Origin: a virus
Virus record (IMG/VR): IMGVR_UViG_3300025897_000003
Length of the DNA: 19,532 nucleotides
Direction: 5' to 3' (one strand)
Every line of letters starts with the position of its first letter. Within the stretch, counting starts at the first letter, position 1. The translations under genes and the position numbers were made by a program. The notes under the pieces are model-generated. The model was not told the DNA's origin. It saw only the letters and a program-made list of their open reading frames with translations, and did not search any database. Positions 6,770 to 13,454 of the stretch are shown one piece after another.

Positions 6770-8134
6770 CTAGTGCACCATCGGTTTCGGCTTGTCTGGA
6801 ACGCTCACAGCGCCCCAGACTGCAAGGCTAGCAGCCACCAGCGGCGTGATAGGTGACTCGTCGCTCGTGCGCTTCCAGGCCCACCTGTCGCCGAGGCGGC
6901 GGCGTGTGGCGGCACCGACAGCGTCGGACAGCAGCGAATCCCCCAAATGCGCGAGTTTGCCGTCGGCAATAGCGTCGAACATGGTGCCGCACGCTGCGGC
7001 GTAGTCACGCGCACCAACCTCAAGCCGATCGATTTGTTGCAGGTGCGGTAGCAGCGAGGCAGCGGCTGCGCCGGCGTCAATGACAACGGTGGCGTTCCAG
7101 CGGCGGGCGATCTCAATTATGCGGGTTGGAAGCCAGCCGACACCGGGCCGATGGTCTACGAGCTCAACGAGGTAGCGGCCTTCGGGCGTAACCGACGCAA
7201 TGGCGATGCTGGACGTGTCGCGCATCGGGGAAATGTCGACGCCGAGGGCAAGTTGTTCGCCGTGCTGTAAATCGGTTTCTTTGAGTCTTGCAAACTCGCC
7301 GACGTCGAGGACGTAGTCGGCGGCGTCTAGCGGCCAACGGTTCAAGATTTCACGGTCAAACAGTTCCGCGCTCATAGTGCCGTGAAAGTCACGCACAGCG
7401 TCAATCGTTACGCCGTGCCGCTCGAGCAGCGTCGGGATTGCTTTTTCCCACGTTTCGACAGCGTCAGGGTCGTCGTGCTCGGCTGCGGCCCACTCGAACC
7501 ATGCGAGCGTTGGCGAATCGCCTGCCCGCCCGAGGTCACGGTAGTGGCGAAGCATCGCCGACGAGCTCGTGCCGGCGTTTGACGCCATCCAAAGCTGCGC
7601 CGAGGGGCGTGTTGCCATTGTCGGGCCGAGCGCACCGATCAGCTCCATGTTGTGCGCTAGCGCCTCGTCGATGACGACCAGGTCAAGCGTGAGGCCGCGT
7701 GCGCCTTCCCGTGAAGGTGTCACGACTCGCAGGCTGCCGCCGTTTCGCATGGTAAGCGCTTCGGAACCGTTTGCGAGGCGGAGCTGGTCGAACCGGCTGC
7801 CGAGCGCAGGGCGTAGCAGTTCTACCGCTTCGAGGAACTTGAGGCGTGCGCCGCCTCGGTCCTGTGCGGTATAGGCGCAATGGCCGCCGGCAAGCAGCTC
7901 AAGGCCGATGCGGGCAGTCAGCAGCGCTGTTTTGCCGTTCTGCCGGCCGACGGACACGCCGACGGTGCGGTACCGGTAGCTGCCGTCCTCGTCGACCTCA
8001 AGCGCAACGTCGGCTACCTGACGCTGCCAACTGAACAGGTCCAGGCCGAGGAGCTCGGCGACTTGCGCTAGCTGCGGTCCTTTGCTGGTGGCGTCGCTTG
8101 CTGGCGTGGCGTGCAGCGCCGGCGGCGTTTTCAT
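6770..8134 (-). CDS. Terminase large subunit
   Basis: 454 aa with Walker A GRQNGKT and Walker B LDLVVIDE, plus a C-terminal RNaseH-like nuclease region (LALGVDIS...). It sits upstream of the portal. Confidence 0.9.
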   Translation of the reverse strand: MKTPPALHATPASDATSKGPQLAQVAELLGLDLFSWQRQVADVALEVDEDGSYRYRTVGVSVGRQNGKTALLTARIGLELLAGGHCAYTAQDRGGARLKFLEAVELLRPALGSRFDQLRLANGSEALTMRNGGSLRVVTPSREGARGLTLDLVVIDEALAHNMELIGALGPTMATRPSAQLWMASNAGTSSSAMLRHYRDLGRAGDSPTLAWFEWAAAEHDDPDAVETWEKAIPTLLERHGVTIDAVRDFHGTMSAELFDREILNRWPLDAADYVLDVGEFARLKETDLQHGEQLALGVDISPMRDTSSIAIASVTPEGRYLVELVDHRPGVGWLPTRIIEIARRWNATVVIDAGAAAASLLPHLQQIDRLEVGARDYAAACGTMFDAIADGKLAHLGDSLLSDAVGAATRRRLGDRWAWKRTSDESPITPLVAASLAVWGAVSVPDKPKPMVH

Positions 8135-8370
8135 CGCATCAGTTCGCGTTCTAACGCTGCCAGGACATCTTCCTCAGGAATCGACAACAATCCAGCCGTA
8201 TTCAACAAAACCGTCGCCAAATGCGGGATTTGCCCGCCGCCTTCACCAGACTGCTCGATTTGGTCCCAACGATCAGCGAGCCCTCGAAGCGTCTCAACCT
8301 CGACCGCATTGCCCGAAGCTTTCTCGAGCAGCGTTTCTACTGCGTCACGATGTCGCCCAGCCATCACCAT
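8131..8370 (-). CDS. Hypothetical acidic 79-aa protein; small-terminase candidate by position only
   Basis: ATGA overlap with the large terminase start, and it overlaps the HNH stop. No recognisable TerS motif. Short for a TerS. Confidence 0.55.
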   Translation of the reverse strand: MVMAGRHRDAVETLLEKASGNAVEVETLRGLADRWDQIEQSGEGGGQIPHLATVLLNTAGLLSIPEEDVLAALERELMR

Positions 8371-8606
8371 CTCCTCGTCGTTACGGGTTTGTGATTTCGG
8401 CGACTGTGCGCCTGTTTACCGCCTCGGGACAAATTGCAGGCAGCGCACGACGGCACCAGCCGGCCATGCCACTCGCCCGGTGGAAACGCAGCCAACGCAG
8501 GAACGTGATCGGCGTGCGTAGCCACAGCAGACCGACACCACACACAAACCGGCCGATCGGCCAACAGTTCGGCTCGAGCGTTCCGATGGGCTCTCCCGTA
8601 TCCCAT
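8364..8606 (-). CDS. HNH endonuclease (terminase-associated type)
   Basis: Motifs are CVWC...ATHADH...SCAACNLSRGGK (CxxC, DH, CxxCN). I favour ATG 8606 (GGAGGG just upstream); ATG 8651 is an alternative. The track start 8924 gives an implausible R/P-rich extension. Confidence 0.75.
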   Translation of the reverse strand: MGYGRAHRNARAELLADRPVCVWCRSAVATHADHVPALAAFPPGEWHGRLVPSCAACNLSRGGKQAHSRRNHKPVTTRRW

Positions 8607-8620
8607 GCCCTCCAGCCTAG

Positions 8621-8633
8621 CCCCACCCCCCCC
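8621..8633. repeat. C4-A-C8 homopolymer tract (G8-T-G4 on the coding strand)
   Basis: Read directly as ccccacccccccc, embedded in the G-run-rich minus-strand string GGGGGGGGTGGGGCTAGGCTGGAGGGCATGGGATACGGG. Confidence 0.9.
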
Positions 8634-8686
8634 GAGGAGGGAGGGAAGCATGGATGGGCGGGGGTGTCCGGAAGGGTGCTCTGAAA

Positions 8687-8703
8687 GAAAACGGGCCGTT
8701 ATC
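8687..8703 (-). terminator. Weak hairpin plus U-rich tail after the zinc-protein gene
   Basis: Minus strand GAUAACGGCCCGUUUUC followed by UUUC. About 6 bp with one mismatch and a 3-nt loop, so marginal stability. Confidence 0.2.
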
Positions 8704-8707
8704 GGTC

Positions 8708-9082
8708 TTAGGTCGCTGTTTGAGCCCACGTCGTTGTTTCTGCGGTTGGCACGGGGTTGAGCTCGTCGTCGTTCCATTCCTCGATCCATTGGTTGTGGCA
8801 GCGGTAGCAGCGGTAGGAGGTTATGAACCATCGTTGCGGTATTTGACCGCGTGGCGTTTGGGCGTACATGACGCCAGGCCAGCGCATCGACTCGTCTCTT
8901 CGGTCTGTCGCGCACCAAATGCATTCGTGTCCGATGGGCAAGGTGCGAATCATGTTTAGCAGGTCGTCGATCGTGATTTCGTACTGATAGACGTAGTCGC
9001 TGAGTGCTTGCATGGCTTCGTGGTGCATGCGTTCTTCGGATTTGCAGGTGCGGTCAAATACAACTTTGGTTTTCTTCATCAT
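8708..9082 (-). CDS. Hypothetical CxxC...CxxC zinc-ribbon protein, 124 aa
   Basis: I prefer the ATGATG start at 9082 over the track start 9211. The product is MMKKTKVVFDRTCKSEERMHHEAMQ...HECIWC...(about 30 aa)...CYRCHNQWIEEWNDDE. It lies in a locally low-GC stretch. Confidence 0.65.
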   Translation of the reverse strand: MMKKTKVVFDRTCKSEERMHHEAMQALSDYVYQYEITIDDLLNMIRTLPIGHECIWCATDRRDESMRWPGVMYAQTPRGQIPQRWFITSYRCYRCHNQWIEEWNDDELNPVPTAETTTWAQTAT

Positions 9083-9234
9083 GTTTGTGTTTTCCAGTCG
9101 TTGCGTAGGTGTTGTGTGACGACGCGTTGGACGTACCAGCGCATCCGGTCGGCGTCGTAGGACTCTGGTAGGCCGTGCTGGCGGCACAAGTCTCGAAGCT
9201 CGGCGAGGCACAGCTGGTTTAGTTGTGTAGGCAT
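9079..9234 (-). CDS. 51-aa ORF with a SAP/HeH-like helix-extension-helix motif
   Basis: Not in the track. The product is MPTQLNQLCLAELRDLCRQHGLPESYDADRMRWYVQRVVTQHLRNDWKTQT*. Third-position GC is clearly higher than in the competing track frame (8708..9211 N-terminus). Its stop overlaps the ATGATG of the next gene. Confidence 0.5.
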   Translation of the reverse strand: MPTQLNQLCLAELRDLCRQHGLPESYDADRMRWYVQRVVTQHLRNDWKTQT

Positions 9235-9848
9235 TTGAGGGCGTCGGCTCCTATGCGTTTGGTGTAGGCCGGTGGGATTGCGTTCGATAAGCCTTTAGCG
9301 TTTGCCCAGGGCATTTGCATCGCTTGTTTCCATGTTTGAGTCGTGCCAGGCAGCATTCCCTTCGCCGCTCCCTTTTGGCCGTGTGGATGGCCGTAGACGC
9401 CGACGATACGTTTTGTGTGGTCGCAGGGCGGCACGAGCGGCGATAGCGGCAGGTTCGACTCGAACCAGCGGTGGCGGCGTAGTGGAAGGCCGAAATGCGA
9501 GCCGCACAAGATCACGTCGGGCCGCATTGGTGCGCCAGGCACGTTTTCAATGACCCACGGTCTTTTGGAGTTTTGCAGCATCTGTCTCGTCGCAGGCAGG
9601 AGATCAGGGTGTCTGTTTTTGTTTACGTTGCCGCTGCGAATGTAAGCCTGGCACGGTGGCGAGGCGTGTATCAGGTCGAAATGTTTCAGGCGCACAGGCG
9701 GCTCGAGAGCGTCGCCTTGTATGAATGCAAACGGATAGTCGGGTTGCAGCGTGTTGTCGATTCCAACAATGTCGAAGCCGGCCTGGTGATAGCCCATTGC
9801 TGCACCGCCTGCGCCACAGAACAGGTCGAGCAGCAGCGGTCGTTTCAT
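9219..9848 (-). CDS. Compact C5-cytosine DNA methyltransferase
   Basis: 209 aa with motif I DLFCGAGG, motif IV SPPCQ, motif VI ENV, motif VIII-like RRHRWF and motif X-like SNAIPPAY. The target-recognition region is very short. Confidence 0.85.
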   Translation of the reverse strand: MKRPLLLDLFCGAGGAAMGYHQAGFDIVGIDNTLQPDYPFAFIQGDALEPPVRLKHFDLIHASPPCQAYIRSGNVNKNRHPDLLPATRQMLQNSKRPWVIENVPGAPMRPDVILCGSHFGLPLRRHRWFESNLPLSPLVPPCDHTKRIVGVYGHPHGQKGAAKGMLPGTTQTWKQAMQMPWANAKGLSNAIPPAYTKRIGADALKCLHN

Positions 9849-10084
9849 TGTTTGAGCTCCTCGAGCTCGTCTTTCAGCTCGTGAATGATATTCATCAGCG
9901 CAACGACTAGTTGGCCGCTCGTTTGTAGGTGAACCGGTTTCCAGCTGCGTTGCTGGTCATCCCACTTTTGCCACTGCCTGTCGTATTCGCCTGTTGCCTC
10001 AAATCGTTCGTTCATCCAAGGCACGCCGTCCATGTCGTGCCAAATGCCGGCCGTTTCAGCCCATTCGCTTCGGTGGTACTGCAT
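9845..10084 (-). CDS. Hypothetical Trp-rich acidic 79-aa protein with a C-terminal coiled coil
   Basis: GAAAGG RBS 6 nt upstream. ATGA overlap with the methyltransferase start. No family recognised. Confidence 0.65.
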   Translation of the reverse strand: MQYHRSEWAETAGIWHDMDGVPWMNERFEATGEYDRQWQKWDDQQRSWKPVHLQTSGQLVVALMNIIHELKDELEELKQ

Positions 10085-10265
10085 TGTTGCCTTTCAAGTA
10101 GTCGAGTAGAGCGCCCGCCGCCCCTACTTGGTGGGAGCGAGCGCGAAGCGTCATAGACCCCAGCCCACAATTTGCGAGCCGGTGAAGTCCATGCCGGCGT
10201 TGCTTGGCGGTCGGTCGCGCATCGCTTACATAGCCGTCGGGCATTACTTCGACGGGCCGCGTCAT
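10056..10265 (-). CDS. Doubtful 69-aa ORF (3' part of track ORF 10056..10412)
   Basis: This is the only minus frame here with slightly elevated third-position GC. The RBS is weak, no motif is present, and it overlaps the next gene by 29 nt. Confidence 0.2.
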   Translation of the reverse strand: MTRPVEVMPDGYVSDARPTAKQRRHGLHRLANCGLGSMTLRARSHQVGAAGALLDYLKGNNAVPPKRMG

Positions 10266-10472
10266 ATTTCCGGAGCTCTTGGCATGCGCTCGAGGCGGCG
10301 GCACGGTGACCTCGACTGGCTGCGGAAGCGGTTTGCGAACGTATTGTGTGCGCCCCGTTGCGGGCATCGCCCTCGTCGAGGGTGACCGACCTCTCACGGG
10401 ATCGAAACGCACCCATTCGTTCGGCTGGGTGTCGCCTGCCTTGCCTGCTAGGCTTGGCCTCGGTTTTCAGAT

Positions 10473-10499
10473 GCATGGGAACCATGCCACATTTGTGGC
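10473..10499. promoter_or_regulatory. Two abutting short palindromes (operator-like)
   Basis: gcatgg-gaa-ccatgc (10473-10487) and gccaca-tt-tgtggc (10486-10499). They lie in a coding-poor region just downstream of the hairpin. Confidence 0.3.
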
Positions 10500-10511
10500 G
10501 GACACCGCAAG

Positions 10512-10547
10512 CACCGCCGCCCTGTTGAGTAGTCCGGGGCGGCGGTG
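10512..10547 (-). terminator. Strong GC-rich hairpin 5 nt after the DnaA-like gene stop (I-shaped terminator candidate, no U-tract)
   Basis: caccgccgccc (10512-10522) pairs perfectly with gggcggcggtg (10537-10547). 11-bp stem and 14-nt loop. Confidence 0.45.
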
Positions 10548-10552
10548 TCGCG

Positions 10553-10882
10553 TCATGACAGGAACTCGGCGCAGGCGTCGCTGAGCCGAACCATCATGTC
10601 GGGATCGCATCGGCGAACGGCGTGGATGATCGTCGTGTGGTCACGTCCGAGCGTTGCGCCAATGTCGGTGTAAGGCATCGCGAGGTCGTTGCGGAGCACC
10701 GCACAGACGGCTTGGCGTGCGGCCACGACTCGCTGGCGTTGCGACCTGGACAGGATCATGTCGGCGTCGACCAGGAACAGGCTGCCAGCCTTTTTGACGA
10801 TTCGATATATGACGTCGTCGGTAACGCTTGAAAGCACGTTTTCGTAGCCGCATCGGCGGCAGACACAAATAGCGTCGTTCAT
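10553..10882 (-). CDS. DnaA domain IV-like (DnaA C-terminal DNA-binding HTH) stand-alone protein, 109 aa
   Basis: ILSRSQRQRVVAARQAVCAVLRNDLAMPYTDIGATLGRDHTTIIHAVRR matches the Bac_DnaA_C signature (R-x-x-x-x-x-aRq-x-amyl-x-r-x-l...s-x-x-x-IG-x-x-fg-rDHtTV-x-ha). The ATG at 10882 overlaps the methyltransferase stop (ATGA). It has a short Cys-rich N-terminus (CVCRRC) and no AAA+ domain. Confidence 0.75.
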   Translation of the reverse strand: MNDAICVCRRCGYENVLSSVTDDVIYRIVKKAGSLFLVDADMILSRSQRQRVVAARQAVCAVLRNDLAMPYTDIGATLGRDHTTIIHAVRRCDPDMMVRLSDACAEFLS

Positions 10883-11550
10883 AGTGGCAGGACCTCCTGG
10901 GCCATACGGCGCGCGGCGATCTCGCAATACCGCTCCTCAATCTCAATGCCGATCGCTTTCCGGCCGAGGTCTTTTGCCGCTCGCAACGTTGAGCCGCTGC
11001 CCATAAATGGGTCGAGGATTACACCAGCCGGACATGCCTCTATCAATTGAGTCATGACATCCACCGGTTTAGCGTGTGGATGAACGCCTTTGGCGTAGCT
11101 CGAGGCGCTACCAGCACGACTTCGTAGAATTGATGACCGACGTGCAGGCAACGGTTTCCAGCGCCCCAAGACGTAAATCGGTTCCCAATCTCGCCGCCAC
11201 GATCCAACGTGGCCGAAGAAACCCGTATCTTTTGGTTTTGCCCAAACAAGAACGGCTTTGGTCGATTGCGGAATTGGCATTACTGACGAGCCGAATATCA
11301 AAGCAGGACGGTTTCCGAGGTGCTGAATTACTGCGTTACGCGCTGCCGTGCTGTCATCGTTCGCGATGCCGTCGTGTTGTTTGGTTCTATTGCTGCTTCG
11401 CCTGCCAACCCTGTTGTAAGCAGGCTGACTCCAATTGATCCCATAAGGCGGATCGGTCACGACAATGTCGAAGTCAATCTGCTCCAGCAACATAAGGGCG
11501 TCACCGTGATAGATGGTGACGTGGTCGTCGCTGTAATACGGCTCGGTCAT
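10879..11550 (-). CDS. Beta-class N6-adenine (or N4-cytosine) DNA methyltransferase
   Basis: 223 aa. Motif IV DPPY (VVTDPPYG) is N-terminal to motif I FMGSGST, which is the beta permutation seen in CcrM, M.RsrI and M.HinfI-type enzymes. Confidence 0.9.
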   Translation of the reverse strand: MTEPYYSDDHVTIYHGDALMLLEQIDFDIVVTDPPYGINWSQPAYNRVGRRSSNRTKQHDGIANDDSTAARNAVIQHLGNRPALIFGSSVMPIPQSTKAVLVWAKPKDTGFFGHVGSWRRDWEPIYVLGRWKPLPARRSSILRSRAGSASSYAKGVHPHAKPVDVMTQLIEACPAGVILDPFMGSGSTLRAAKDLGRKAIGIEIEERYCEIAARRMAQEVLPL

Positions 11551-11864
11551 CGTTGCCGCCTCGGTGCGCCGGCCTTATCGCCCCACTGCCGCCAATCGCC
11601 CGGTAGATGATCGTCAGGCAGGTCGTGCATCAGGCGCATGTAGGTTTCGTCGATCTTAAGCTGAGCGTCGGCTTCGGTCCATTGGCGATAAGGCGGCACG
11701 TGCGGCCGGTTCGGCTCGAAACGGCGCTGCCATTCTTTCTCAAACCGGTCACGTTTCGGGCGTACCGTTTCGGCGTACCGCCAAATCAGGAAACAGCCCG
11801 TCACAGTCAAGACGAACACCCAGCCAAGAAGCTGGTGAATGGCGTCGACGTCAGCGGCGAACAT
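11547..11864 (-). CDS. Hypothetical membrane-anchored protein, 105 aa
   Basis: N-terminal hydrophobic helix LLGWVFVLTVTGCFLIW. ATGA overlap with the methyltransferase start. Confidence 0.65.
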   Translation of the reverse strand: MFAADVDAIHQLLGWVFVLTVTGCFLIWRYAETVRPKRDRFEKEWQRRFEPNRPHVPPYRQWTEADAQLKIDETYMRLMHDLPDDHLPGDWRQWGDKAGAPRRQR

Positions 11865-12042
11865 CGGCAGTCTCGTTTCTGTAGGCGGCTATGCGGCGGC
11901 GGTCAGCGACGCTCATGCGCATCGTGTCGCCGTGGAGGCGTATACCTCGGGCAGCGGCCATGCGTTCGCTGTGGCTGCGAGCTCGAGGCGGGTCAGGCAG
12001 CGGTATACGTGCCCGTGCCATACGTTCAGCATGCTTGTTCAT
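11851..12042 (-). CDS. Doubtful Arg-rich 63-aa ORF
   Basis: Track ORF with only moderate codon bias. A competing 39-aa ORF in another frame (MLNVWHGHVYRCLTRLELAATANAWPLPEVYASTATRCA, ATG overlapping the VRR-NUC stop) has better third-position GC. Unresolved. Confidence 0.3.
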   Translation of the reverse strand: MNKHAERMARARIPLPDPPRARSHSERMAAARGIRLHGDTMRMSVADRRRIAAYRNETADVRR

Positions 12043-12340
12043 TGTTGTTGGCTTTCTTGGTTAGGTACTCGATTACGGTCGGAAGGTCATCGGGTCGCAC
12101 CAGCGCCGACGTCAACGTGTCACACTGCTCCAGGGCGTCCAGCCAAATCTGCTGATCCGGCCTCACCCGTCCTTTGTCGCTTTTGAGCTCAAGAAACACG
12201 ACTCGAGGCGGTTTCACAAGAATCAGGTCGGGCAGGCCGGCCGGGTTTAGGCGGCTGTCGTGGTCGTGATACACCAGCCAGCCGGCAAGCTCGGCGGTGT
12301 CGATGATCGTCGCTTGCAGTTCGGCTTCGGTTAGCGCCAT
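12026..12340 (-). CDS. VRR-NUC domain nuclease
   Basis: 104 aa. GLPDLILV...VVFLELKSDKGRVRPDQQIWLDAL matches the PD-(D/E)xK VRR-NUC signature (PD...E-x-K...Q-x-x-W). Confidence 0.8.
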   Translation of the reverse strand: MALTEAELQATIIDTAELAGWLVYHDHDSRLNPAGLPDLILVKPPRVVFLELKSDKGRVRPDQQIWLDALEQCDTLTSALVRPDDLPTVIEYLTKKANNNEQAC

Positions 12341-12438
12341 TTTTCTTGGTCGTCAGGGTTTTCGATAAACAACAGGATCAGCATCGCGATGTTGCCGACG
12401 ACAACCGCGAACGCCGCCGCTAACACCACGGTCATCAT
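12331..12438 (-). CDS. Possible 35-aa single-pass membrane peptide
   Basis: MMTVVLAAAFAVVVGNIAMLILLFIENPDDQEKWR*. The ATG overlaps the upstream stop (ATGA). The rest of track ORF 12331..12672 is an R-rich shadow. Confidence 0.4.
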   Translation of the reverse strand: MMTVVLAAAFAVVVGNIAMLILLFIENPDDQEKWR

Positions 12439-12617
12439 GGCGTCGGGTTGCGTTGCTCGAGCCATGCGTCGATCGCGTCGTGCATCGCTTTGGCGACGTC
12501 GTCGGCGTGTATGCGACAATTGAGGGTCCACCAGCCGACATCGACCTCGAGCTCGTACACCTGAAATTCCTCCATGTCTTTGGCGGGCCATGCGGTCATT
12601 TGGAAGCTGTACGTCAT
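12435..12617 (-). CDS. Hypothetical 60-aa protein
   Basis: ATG 12617 overlaps the upstream stop (ATGA). The product is MTYSFQMTAWPAKDMEEFQVYELEVDVGWWTLNCRIHADDVAKAMHDAIDAWLEQRNPTP. Confidence 0.55.
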   Translation of the reverse strand: MTYSFQMTAWPAKDMEEFQVYELEVDVGWWTLNCRIHADDVAKAMHDAIDAWLEQRNPTP

Positions 12618-13000
12618 TGGCGGATGTCCCAAACGATCGCTGCGCGGCCTGTGGCGGTCGGGCGTGTCTCACCGGTGTCGTACACTTGGCCGGCTTCGAC
12701 GAGCTCGCATCGGCGAGTTCGGATACCAGACACCGAGACTGGCTGCTGCGTTGTCACGGCGAGGCGCTGACAGAGTTCTTCGTCGGACATTGCGCCATTT
12801 GCCCGGTACGCCTCGAGAATGCGCTGCTGCGTTTCGGTCACGCCGGTCACGGTGGCAGCCGCTTGGTGCGACGTGCTCGGGTCGGTGTTGCGGGCTCGAG
12901 GCGTCGTGTTGTGGTAGATGACGGCCGGGTGGTAGTTGCCGCACCAGCGGCGGTGGCCTTCGCTCGGTGCCTGGCCGCACTCGTGGCACAAGTTAGACAT
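12614..13000 (-). CDS. Zn-ribbon plus winged-helix DNA-binding protein
   Basis: The N-terminus is CHECGQAPSEGHRRWCGNYH. The C-terminal QQRILEAYRANGAMSDEELCQRL...SGIRTRRCELVEAGQV has a MarR-like wHTH pattern. Confidence 0.65.
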   Translation of the reverse strand: MSNLCHECGQAPSEGHRRWCGNYHPAVIYHNTTPRARNTDPSTSHQAAATVTGVTETQQRILEAYRANGAMSDEELCQRLAVTTQQPVSVSGIRTRRCELVEAGQVYDTGETRPTATGRAAIVWDIRQ

Positions 13001-13409
13001 CGGCGGCCTCTTGACGGTTCAGGGCGTGGTTTAGCCGATAGCGGGACTGCGACCACAGCGAAAGTGCCACGCCGAGTTTGGAGGCGGCGCGCCCGATGGC
13101 GTCCGATTCGGCGTGTTTGAGGCGGGTGCCGTTGTTGCTTAGGATGTCTGGGCGTTCTACGTCGCCGGCACCGTCTACCGAAACGAGGCGGCCGTCAACC
13201 TCAACAGTGAGGCGGCCCACCACTCCGGTGATCGTGCCGTCCGGGTCGGTGATCTCCCGTACGAGCTCCCAAGTGAACGGGCCTACTGTCGCCAGTAGTT
13301 TCTCGACCTTTACGGACCATTTGACGTAGTCGCCGAAACCGCCTGGTGCTCGCTCGATGAGCGAGTCGGGGAACGGCTTGGCTAGCTGTTGTAGTTGTTT
13401 TCCAGTCAT
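12993..13409 (-). CDS. Rad52/Sak-like single-strand annealing protein
   Basis: LAKPFPDSLIERAPGGFGDYVKWSVKVEKLLATVGPFTWE...KHAESDAIGRAASKLGVALSLW fits the Rad52_Rad22 pattern (L-x-kPf, g-x-x-Yv, G-x-x-W, A-x-sDA-x-kRa-x-x-x-fGv-x-x-x-L). ATG at 13409; alternative GTG at 13418. Confidence 0.6.
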   Translation of the reverse strand: MTGKQLQQLAKPFPDSLIERAPGGFGDYVKWSVKVEKLLATVGPFTWELVREITDPDGTITGVVGRLTVEVDGRLVSVDGAGDVERPDILSNNGTRLKHAESDAIGRAASKLGVALSLWSQSRYRLNHALNRQEAADV

Positions 13410-13416
13410 GGTGCAC

Positions 13417-13425
13417 ACAATACCA
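13417..13425 (-). promoter_or_regulatory. Candidate extended -10 promoter (TGGTATTGT) giving a leaderless transcript
   Basis: Minus strand reads ...cc TGG TATTGT gtgcacc ATG. The -10 hexamer ends 7 nt before the ATG at 13409, there is no SD sequence, and it lies in a 36-45 nt intergenic gap. Confidence 0.25.
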
Positions 13426-13454
13426 GGACTGTGTGTCAGGTGTGGGAATGTCGG

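Noticed and set aside
10128-10584. Plus-strand ORFs 10128..10385 and 10279..10584 as a divergently transcribed repressor gene
   Set aside because: They show no HTH or other motif, give Arg-rich translations and have no RBS. They would be the only plus-strand genes. The region is left as unresolved coding-poor DNA.
11075-11083. DnaA-box-like 9-mers as targets of the DnaA-like protein: TGTGGATGA at 11075-11083 and TGTGGATGG at 9382-9390
   Set aside because: There are only two near-matches (1 and 2 mismatches to TGTGGATAA), both inside coding sequence and not clustered. That is insufficient to call an origin or operator.
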